Shown here: piece after piece, positions 56,773 to 64,000 of the stretch
How the letters are laid out: every line of letters begins with the position of its first letter
How positions within the stretch are numbered: position 1 is the stretch's first letter
NCBI GenBank assembly: GCA_030765235.1
Contig: JAVCCW010000021.1
Span: 733 to 64,732, forward strand
Reading direction: 5' to 3'
Source of the DNA: Candidatus Gorgyraea atricola
GTDB lineage: Bacteria; Omnitrophota; Gorgyraeia; Gorgyraeales; Gorgyraeaceae
DNA length: 64,000 nucleotides
Notes under the pieces: model-generated
Told to the model about the DNA's origin: nothing
Database searches by the model: none
The model's input: the letters and a program-made list of their open reading frames with translations, nothing else
Program-made: the position numbers and the translations under genes

Positions 56773-57255
56773 ATGAAGCGATTATTTATTGATCTTGAGA
56801 AATTATATAACTGTGAGAAGCCAAAGGCAGAGTGCAGCTATTATTACCATCCTGAAAATGATGGGGTAACGCGGTTGCGCGAGCTAGGACAGTTTTTGCA
56901 TGTCTGCCGCAAGTGCGAAGAGGCGCCATGCATCAACGCATGTCCAAAAGAAGCGCTCGAGAAGCAGGAAGACGGCACAGTGAAGCGCTACACAATGCGC
57001 TGCATCTCATGTAAGTCATGCAGCCTTGCCTGCCCTTTTGGCACAATACCGCTTGAGACTATACCTTATATAATGTCGCAGTGCGATGCGTGCATAGATA
57101 GACTTGATAAGGAAGAGCCTGTTTGCGCAAAGACATGTTCTATTAAAGACGCTGTGAAATTTATAGAGGTAAAGGAATCAGAAAAAGACGACATATATCT
57201 AATAGGTAAAAACATAGCAGTCCATGCCAAGGCATGGAAGAAACTTCATCCATAA
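56773..57255 (+). CDS. Iron-sulfur electron transfer subunit (HycB/CooF-like)
   Basis: CRKCEEAPCINACP, CISCKSCSLACP, CDAC. Confidence 0.85.
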   Translation: MKRLFIDLEKLYNCEKPKAECSYYYHPENDGVTRLRELGQFLHVCRKCEEAPCINACPKEALEKQEDGTVKRYTMRCISCKSCSLACPFGTIPLETIPYIMSQCDACIDRLDKEEPVCAKTCSIKDAVKFIEVKESEKDDIYLIGKNIAVHAKAWKKLHP

Positions 57256-58157
57256 TGAGACTTTTATTTAATTTTTTAATATTCCCTGGATTTTTGTTTA
57301 CAGCTGTAGTAGGCCTGGTGGCAAGCTGGATCGATCGCAAGGTAACTGCGCGCGTGCAGTGGAGAGTAGGGCCGCCATGGTACCAGCCGTTCATGGACCT
57401 TGTAAAATTAAGCATAAAAGAGATAACTGTTCCGAGAGATGCCTCAAAGCCAGTGTTTTTCATGGCGCCGCTTGTAGGTCTTAGCGCCGCGATATTGGCC
57501 TCTACATTTATATGGCTGCCCAATATAAATTTAAGCGCGGCTGGTTTTAGAGGGGACATCATAGTGATACTCTATCTCTTGACATTACCGGCAATAGCGC
57601 TTATATTAGGCGCATCTTCCAGCGGAAATCCCCTGGCAGCTGTGGGCGCGTCAAGAGAAGTCAAGCTCGTCCTGGCATATGAGTTACCTTTTATCTTAAC
57701 CCTACTTGTTCCTATAATAAAGAGCAGCGGACTTATTAAATTATCAGAATTAATCGCATACCAGGGCATAAATGGCGCATTTGTCTCAAATGCCTCAGGC
57801 ATACTCGCGCTTCTCGTAGCAATATTCTGCATGCAGGCAAAGCTGGGCCTTGTGCCATTTGATATGGGCGAGGCAGAGACAGAGATAATGGGAGGCGTGT
57901 ACATAGAATATTCAGGCATGCTGCTCGCGATCTTTAAACTTACAAAGACAATGATGATGGTGGCGCTACCTGTATTTTTATCAACCATATTCTGGGGCGG
58001 ATTCAGCATCTGGAAATACGTGGTGCTGCTGGTAATAATAGTCTTGATGAGGAATACAAATCCAAGGGTGCGGATCGATCAGGCAGTGAGATTTTTTTGG
58101 GGCAAGATGACAATGCTTGCCGCAGTCGCAGTTTTATTAGCGGTACTGGGGATGTAA
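57255..58157 (+). CDS. NuoH/HycD-like membrane subunit
   Basis: DRKVTARVQWRVGPP, PFDMGEAETE, IEYSG. Confidence 0.92.
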   Translation: MRLLFNFLIFPGFLFTAVVGLVASWIDRKVTARVQWRVGPPWYQPFMDLVKLSIKEITVPRDASKPVFFMAPLVGLSAAILASTFIWLPNINLSAAGFRGDIIVILYLLTLPAIALILGASSSGNPLAAVGASREVKLVLAYELPFILTLLVPIIKSSGLIKLSELIAYQGINGAFVSNASGILALLVAIFCMQAKLGLVPFDMGEAETEIMGGVYIEYSGMLLAIFKLTKTMMMVALPVFLSTIFWGGFSIWKYVVLLVIIVLMRNTNPRVRIDQAVRFFWGKMTMLAAVAVLLAVLGM

Positions 58158-58158
58158 G

Positions 58159-58587
58159 ATGAGTTTAAAATTAAAGGCATTAACAAAATCTATCTGGGTA
58201 TATCATCTTTGCGTAGGTGGAAGCTGTAACAATTGTGATATCGAGATCCTGGATCTATTGACGCCTCGATACGACGTAGAAAGGTTTGGGATAATGCTTG
58301 TCGGAAGCATAAAGCACGCGGATGCTATTCTGGTTACAGGTTCTTTAAGTTTAAAGGCAGTTGAACGCGTGAAAAGAGTTTATGAACAGGCAACAAAGCC
58401 ATGCGTAGTAATAGCTATAGGAGCTTGTGCTTGCGGCCAGGGAATTTTTGCAAAAGGGCCAGTTACGCCTAATCCTGTGGATTCGCTTCTCCCAATTAAT
58501 ATTTATATACCTGGCTGCCCGCCAAAACCAGAGGCAATGATAATGGGCATTGTGAAATTAATCAAGAAACTTACGGATAAGAAATGA
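58159..58587 (+). CDS. Group 4 hydrogenase small subunit (NuoB-like)
   Basis: SCNNCDIE, GACAC, PGCPPKP. Confidence 0.92.
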   Translation: MSLKLKALTKSIWVYHLCVGGSCNNCDIEILDLLTPRYDVERFGIMLVGSIKHADAILVTGSLSLKAVERVKRVYEQATKPCVVIAIGACACGQGIFAKGPVTPNPVDSLLPINIYIPGCPPKPEAMIMGIVKLIKKLTDKK

Positions 58588-59018
58588 AAAAACAACAAAT
58601 TATCGAAAATATAAAGGTGCGCTCAGGAAAAGACATGTTGGATTTCAATGACAGGTCTGAGAGGCGTGTCTATATAACTATAAAAAAAGAGATCTTGCCC
58701 AAGATAGCGAGATACCTGTTCAATGACGTAAAGGCCAGGTTCTCAACAGCAAGCGGCGTGGATACAAGATCAGCAATTGAGATGCTCTATCACTTTTCAG
58801 TTGATGAGATAGGGCTTATTGTTACGCTAAGGGTTATTCTGGATAAGTCCAATCTCGAAATAGACAGCCTTACCTCTATAATGAAATGCGCAGAGTGGAT
58901 CGAAAGAGAAATACATGAACTTTTAGGCGTAAATTTTAAGGGTCATCCGAATCTAAAGCATTTGCTTTTGAAAGACGATTGGCCAGAAGGAAATTATCCG
59001 TTAAGAAGGGATCAATAG
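58584..59018 (+). CDS. NuoC-like hydrogenase subunit
   Basis: EWIEREIHELLG..F.GHP, WPEGNYPLR. Confidence 0.9.
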   Translation: MKKQQIIENIKVRSGKDMLDFNDRSERRVYITIKKEILPKIARYLFNDVKARFSTASGVDTRSAIEMLYHFSVDEIGLIVTLRVILDKSNLEIDSLTSIMKCAEWIEREIHELLGVNFKGHPNLKHLLLKDDWPEGNYPLRRDQ

Positions 59019-60197
59019 ATGGCAGAGAGAAAGATCATCCCGATTGGACCATATCATCCGCTGCAGGAAGAGCCGGAGTTTTTCAGGCTGCATGTTGATG
59101 GTGAGACTGTAGTGGATATAGACATAGAGATCGGCTATAATCTTCGACTCATTGAAAAAATATCTGAATCTAAGACCTATGACCAGGTGACATTTCTGAT
59201 TGAGAGGATTTGCGGTATCTGTTCTACATCTCATCCTTTTGCGTATACTAATGCGATAGATGATCTTTTGGGCGTCACAGTTCCTGAAAGGGCGCTTTAT
59301 ATTCGCAGTATAATAGGAGAGCTTGAAAGGATACATTCGCATCTTTTGTGGCTCGGACTGGCAGGACACTTTTTAGGATATAATACTGTTTGGATGTGGG
59401 CATGGAGATATAGAGAGCCAGTGCTGGATATATTTGAGAAAATTTCAGGAAACCGCAATCATTACGCAATGTTTAAGCCAGGCGGTGTCAGGCGGGACAT
59501 GCACGAAGAAGATTTTCCGTGGATAAAAAAGACATTGAAGAGTCTGATCCCTAAATTCGATATGTTTAAAGGCGCTGTGATGGACGATCCTGTGATACGG
59601 GCCCGGACAGAAGGGATAGGGGTATTGACTAAACAGGACGCGCATGATTATGCTGTTGTTGGGCCTACAGCCAGGGCCTCTGGGGTTGCGATTGATGTAA
59701 GAAAAGATGATCCGAGCGGCGCATACGACAGGGTTGAATGGAAACTTATTACACAGGAAGGCGGGGGCGTATTCGCAAAAGCAGTTGTCAGAATATTAGA
59801 GCTTTATGAATCCGCGAATATTATAATACAGTGCCTGGATAATATGCCAAAAGGACCAATAGACCTTAATATAAAAGATATGCCGGTTGGAGAGGGTATT
59901 GGCAGGTATGAGGCGCCAAGAGGTGAAGTGTTTCATTATATTATGTCTGACGGTGGGAATAGTCCTGCCCGGCATAAGGTGAGAGCCCCGAGCTTTATGA
60001 ATATTGCATCGAATAAAAAGGCAGTAGTTGGCCATACGATTTCAGATGCCACGATAATCCTTGCGGCAGTTGATCCATGCTACTGCTGTACAGAGCGAAT
60101 GGCAGTAGTAGATTATAAGAGCGGAAAGAAACTTATGGATGGCCAGGACCTGATCAGGCTTTCGCAGGAAAAAACCGCGAGAATGCAAAGAAAATGA
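59019..60197 (+). CDS. Group 4 [NiFe]-hydrogenase large subunit
   Basis: ERICGICS and DPCYCCTER nickel-binding motifs, EAPRGE. Confidence 0.93.
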   Translation: MAERKIIPIGPYHPLQEEPEFFRLHVDGETVVDIDIEIGYNLRLIEKISESKTYDQVTFLIERICGICSTSHPFAYTNAIDDLLGVTVPERALYIRSIIGELERIHSHLLWLGLAGHFLGYNTVWMWAWRYREPVLDIFEKISGNRNHYAMFKPGGVRRDMHEEDFPWIKKTLKSLIPKFDMFKGAVMDDPVIRARTEGIGVLTKQDAHDYAVVGPTARASGVAIDVRKDDPSGAYDRVEWKLITQEGGGVFAKAVVRILELYESANIIIQCLDNMPKGPIDLNIKDMPVGEGIGRYEAPRGEVFHYIMSDGGNSPARHKVRAPSFMNIASNKKAVVGHTISDATIILAAVDPCYCCTERMAVVDYKSGKKLMDGQDLIRLSQEKTARMQRK

Positions 60198-61996
60198 AAT
60201 TACTATTACAGCCAATTTTAATCTCTATATTAGCAGGTGCTTTTATTCTTCTTGTGCCAAAAAAGCTCAGGAAAGTGGCAGAGGGGTTTAGTCTTGTTAC
60301 CTCTATATATCTATTGGTCGCGTGCGTAAAGATATTTATGAGCGCTCCGATCCAGAGCGATATTTTGTACGTGGATAATCTCTCAAGGTTTATTGTGCTG
60401 GCAATAGGGCTTTTCGGCGCGCTTGTAACCCTATATTCATTGCGCTTCATGGCCTCATACAAAGAATTTCGTTCGTATTATGCGAATACAATGTGGACCA
60501 TAGGATTTTCCATACTCGCGGCAGTCTCGAATAACATTGTGCTTCTTATTGTGGCATGGGGTTTTCTTGGCTTTACGCTTTATATGCTGATCAATGTGGC
60601 TGGGCCTCGCGCCGCGAACATCAGCAAGAAGACCTTTATTATAATAGGCGGAACAGATTCGCTTATGATACTGGGTTTTGCGATCATGTGGCTCATCACA
60701 AAAGACCTGACCCTGAGCACTACAAAGATAGCCATAGATACCCCGCTTTCATTCTGGGCATTTTTATTAATAGCTATTGGCGCGCTTGCAAAGGCAGGCG
60801 CAATGCCATTTCATACATGGGTGCCTGATACGGCAAAAGAGGCGCCTGTGCCAGTAGCTGCATTTTTACCTGCATCACTCGATAAATTGCTTGGCATATA
60901 CCTGTTAGCAAGGTTAGTATTGAATGTTTTTATATTGAATAGTTTCACTTACGCGCTTCTTATGGCAGTAGGGGCAATTACAATAATCGCAGCAGTAATG
61001 ATGGCGCTCGTGCAGCACGATTTTAAGAGACTTCTTGGTTATCACGCGGTGAGTCAGGTCGGCTACATGATACTTGGCCTTGGCACTGGTAATCCAATAG
61101 GTATTGCCGGCGGGCTTTTTCATATGTTGAACAATACTATATACAAGTCGTGCTTATTTTTTAGCGGAGGCAATGTCCAGCATAAAACAAACACTTCAGA
61201 TTTGGATTCTTTAGGCGGACTGGCAAAGATAATGCCTCTGACATTTCTTGGTTTTCTTATAGCCAGTCTGTCTATATCAGGCGTACCGCCATTTAATGGC
61301 TTTATGTCAAAGTGGATGGTGTATCAGGGCTTGATAGAGAAGGGTAAATCAGGCGGAGTGCTGTGGATATTCTGCATAGTAGCTGCGATGTTTGGCAGCG
61401 GCCTCACGCTTGCGTCCTTTATCAAGCTAATACACGCAATCTTCTTAGGTAAATCCAAAAACGGGCCAACGGGCCAACGGGCCAACGGGCAACGGAACGA
61501 AGTTTCTTGGACTATGTGGTTGCCGCCAGTGATTCTCGCAGGTTTTTGCATAGTGTTCGGAGTATTTGCCTATGCTATTCCTTTAAAATATTTAATAATC
61601 CCTGCTGTATCTGCAAATTTAAACTTTATAGGGTCATGGCCGTCTTCGCAGGCTACTTTATTCCTACTCATAGGTCTTGGTGTTGGTCTTGTAGTATATC
61701 TCCTGGGCAATTTTAAAGGCGTAAGAGAGACAGGGCATTATATAGGCGGAGAAGAGCTTGAAGACAATATGCGGCTTTCCGGCGCAGAGTTTTATAATAC
61801 AATAAAAGAGCTTCCTTTTATAAAAGGTATTTACGCCAAGGCTGAGAGGAAATTATTTGATATTTACGAACAAGGTAAGAAGCTTGTATTTTTCTTCATA
61901 GGTATACTAAAGTTTTTGCACAATGGCGTGCTTCCAACATATCTGGTGTGGTGCCTGTTGGGCGTCATAGTGTTTTTGTTTACAATAGTAAGGTAG
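60194..61996 (+). CDS. NuoL/MrpA-like antiporter subunit
   Basis: KAGAMPFHTW.PD, KRLLGYH.VSQVGY, GVPPFNGF.SKW. Confidence 0.9.
   Translation: MKLLLQPILISILAGAFILLVPKKLRKVAEGFSLVTSIYLLVACVKIFMSAPIQSDILYVDNLSRFIVLAIGLFGALVTLYSLRFMASYKEFRSYYANTMWTIGFSILAAVSNNIVLLIVAWGFLGFTLYMLINVAGPRAANISKKTFIIIGGTDSLMILGFAIMWLITKDLTLSTTKIAIDTPLSFWAFLLIAIGALAKAGAMPFHTWVPDTAKEAPVPVAAFLPASLDKLLGIYLLARLVLNVFILNSFTYALLMAVGAITIIAAVMMALVQHDFKRLLGYHAVSQVGYMILGLGTGNPIGIAGGLFHMLNNTIYKSCLFFSGGNVQHKTNTSDLDSLGGLAKIMPLTFLGFLIASLSISGVPPFNGFMSKWMVYQGLIEKGKSGGVLWIFCIVAAMFGSGLTLASFIKLIHAIFLGKSKNGPTGQRANGQRNEVSWTMWLPPVILAGFCIVFGVFAYAIPLKYLIIPAVSANLNFIGSWPSSQATLFLLIGLGVGLVVYLLGNFKGVRETGHYIGGEELEDNMRLSGAEFYNTIKELPFIKGIYAKAERKLFDIYEQGKKLVFFFIGILKFLHNGVLPTYLVWCLLGVIVFLFTIVR
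61460..61499 (+). repeat. In-frame AACGGGCC octamer array
   Basis: (AACGGGCC)x3 plus decaying copies, encoding NGPTGQRANGQRN. Confidence 0.85.
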
Positions 61997-62002
61997 AAAA
62001 CA

Positions 62003-62521
62003 ATGCTTGAGTTACAGATACTTTTAATATTTATGATAATAGCCGCGATGATCGCTGTAAAGTCTAAGGATCTTTTGTCCTCAGTTATTGCAGTAGGTAC
62101 TGTAGGCCTTGGACTCTCGCTCGCCTTTTTAATACTTAAGGCGCCTGACCTTGCGATCGCGCAGCTCGTGGTAGAGATCCTGGTCATAATAATACTCATA
62201 AGGGCCACGATCAGAAAAGACCTTCCGTTTTCTACATCCGGACGCTGGTTTTTTAATACCTTTGTGACATTTTTATTTCTGATCGTATTCCTGGGATTTG
62301 GTTATTATTGCATGAAGGATCTACCAGGATTTGGCGAGCCCATCATGAAGATCTCGCAGAGATTTATAACAGAAGGCCTGAGAGAAACAGGCGCCGCGAA
62401 CCTGGTAACAGCAGTAGTCCTGGATTACAGGGCCTATGATACTTTGGGTGAGGCAACTATTCTTTTTACAGCTGTGATCGGAGTCCTGGCAGTTATACGT
62501 AAGGTCGGAAGGAAGAAGTAA
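62003..62521 (+). CDS. Mrp/Mbh D-E-like (DUF4040/MnhB-related) subunit
   Basis: [29 protein letters not shown]. Confidence 0.88.
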   Translation: MLELQILLIFMIIAAMIAVKSKDLLSSVIAVGTVGLGLSLAFLILKAPDLAIAQLVVEILVIIILIRATIRKDLPFSTSGRWFFNTFVTFLFLIVFLGFGYYCMKDLPGFGEPIMKISQRFITEGLRETGAANLVTAVVLDYRAYDTLGEATILFTAVIGVLAVIRKVGRKK

Positions 62522-62522
62522 T

Positions 62523-62975
62523 ATGACAGAACCCCAGAAGGGTATGACTTTAATAGTAAAGACGATTACGCGCCTGACAGTGGGTCTGATACTCTTATTC
62601 GGCGTTTATATTGTCAGTCATGGGCACCTCAGCCCCGGAGGCGGATTTGCAGGAGGCGTGATTATCGCGCTTTCCTTTATACATATTATGTTGGCATTTG
62701 GCAAAGAGACTGCGTTTAAAAAGGTAAACCAGGCCATTGCGTCGTTTTTTGAAAGTCTTGGCGCGATAATATTTATAACGCTTGCGCTTATCGGTATCGC
62801 GAGCGGTTATTTCTTTTTGAATTTTCTGTCAAAGGGTGAGCCTTTTACGCTTTTTAGCTCAGGACTCATTCCTTTATATAATGTGGCAATATGTTTTAAA
62901 GTTGGGGCAGGACTTTTTATTATATTCATTACGCTTGTGCTTTTGAAAATACCTGGAGAGGATAGCGAGAAATGA
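62523..62975 (+). CDS. MrpB/MnhB-like subunit
   Basis: HGHLSPGGGFAGG. Confidence 0.9.
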   Translation: MTEPQKGMTLIVKTITRLTVGLILLFGVYIVSHGHLSPGGGFAGGVIIALSFIHIMLAFGKETAFKKVNQAIASFFESLGAIIFITLALIGIASGYFFLNFLSKGEPFTLFSSGLIPLYNVAICFKVGAGLFIIFITLVLLKIPGEDSEK

Positions 62976-63310
62976 CAGTTTATTTTTTGTGTCTGGTGCT
63001 TTTTTGCATCGGGCTATATTGTATATTAAGGAAGCGTAATCTTATAAAGATAATCATAGGCATCGCCATAATGGAGTATGCTGTAAATTTATTTTTTATA
63101 CTTGTTGGTTATAAGATGAATGGCCGCGCGCCTATACATGCTCCTGATCAGGAAATACTAAACATGGTGGATCCATTGCCGCAGGCACTGGTCCTGACCT
63201 CTATAGTCATTGGACTCGCAGTCACTGCCCTTATCGCGGCTATCGCGATGAGGGTGTATGAGAAATACAGGACCTTTGATATTACGAAGATCAGAAGGTT
63301 AAAAGGTTAG
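62972..63310 (+). CDS. MrpC/MnhC-like subunit
   Basis: NLIKIIIG, DPLPQALVLTSIVIG. Confidence 0.93.
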   Translation: MTVYFLCLVLFCIGLYCILRKRNLIKIIIGIAIMEYAVNLFFILVGYKMNGRAPIHAPDQEILNMVDPLPQALVLTSIVIGLAVTALIAAIAMRVYEKYRTFDITKIRRLKG

Positions 63311-63312
63311 TT

Positions 63313-64000
63313 ATGTCACATAATATAATACCTTTATTTGTCGCGATACCGCTTGCAGCAGCGTTTGTGAATTCCCTTATTGGAAAAAAGATAAAAGGAT
63401 TTTCAGATGCGCTTTCAGCCCTGGCAACACTGTCTCTGGCAGTGATCTCAGTATTGGCAGTGGTCTTATTTAAAGAGAATGGAGTCATGGTCTATAAGGT
63501 AGGTGGATGGTTGCCGCCTGTAGGCATTGCCATGGTCATAGACGGGCTTACTGCATTCATGCTGGTCACGATCAATGTGATCGCGTTTTTAATAAGCATT
63601 TATTCAATAGATTACATGAAGAAGTACACTGAGAAGTGGCTTTTCTATTGTTTATTTTTACTCATGATAGCAGGCATGAACGGAGTCATTATAAGCGGAG
63701 ACATGTTTAATCTCTACGTGTTCCTGGAGATCGCGGCTATCGCGAGCTATGCCCTTGTGGCATTTGGAACAGAGCACGAAGAGCTCGAGGCATCATTTAA
63801 ATACGCGGTTATGGGTACCCTGGCGTCTACCTTTATATTGTTAGGCATTGTATTTTTATATAGCGTTACCTCTACTTTGAATATGGCTGATATGTCCATG
63901 GCATTGTTTGAGGGAGGCTCTACGCGCGTAGTTTTACTGGTTAGCGTGTTGTTCTTGATGGGCTTTGGTCTTAAATCAGCGCTTGTTCCTTTTCACGCAT
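63313..64000 (+). CDS. MrpD/MnhD-like subunit, 3'-truncated by the window edge
   Basis: MSHNIIPLFVAIPL..., GGWLPPVGI, GDMFNLYVFLEI, EASFKY, LKSALVPFH. Confidence 0.9.
   Translation, partial: MSHNIIPLFVAIPLAAAFVNSLIGKKIKGFSDALSALATLSLAVISVLAVVLFKENGVMVYKVGGWLPPVGIAMVIDGLTAFMLVTINVIAFLISIYSIDYMKKYTEKWLFYCLFLLMIAGMNGVIISGDMFNLYVFLEIAAIASYALVAFGTEHEELEASFKYAVMGTLASTFILLGIVFLYSVTSTLNMADMSMALFEGGSTRVVLLVSVLFLMGFGLKSALVPFHA

Overview
Bacterial chromosomal window from an anaerobe, probably PVC superphylum (Candidatus Omnitrophota-like; inferred from gene content only). Almost all genes are on the + strand. It carries housekeeping genes (era, nadE, dacA-like, UvrD-nuclease, htpX, a moxR-bat cluster, nrdJ-dcd, gpmA), a pilus/T2SS-like cluster with a giant GspK-like protein and two tandem secretins, a BirA-type bioB-bioU-bioF-bioD operon, hyp maturation genes and the start of an Mrp-linked group 4 [NiFe]-hydrogenase operon. 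No rRNA, tRNA, CRISPR array or transposase was seen. The most striking signal is a dense set of small structured repeats. The main one is a composite element present four times (1711-1890, 33757-33924, 49558-49978, 50968-51157). It consists of two inverted hairpin-bearing end units around an inverted-repeat core and can fold as a four-way junction. One copy carries a stand-alone GIY-YIG nuclease gene whose start and stop codons lie within a 20-bp inverted repeat. Related hairpins and short tandem repeats sit in frame inside nadE, batC, batD, hypF, a UPF0280 gene and a NuoL-like gene, and some appear to supply start codons, stop codons and ribosome-binding sites.
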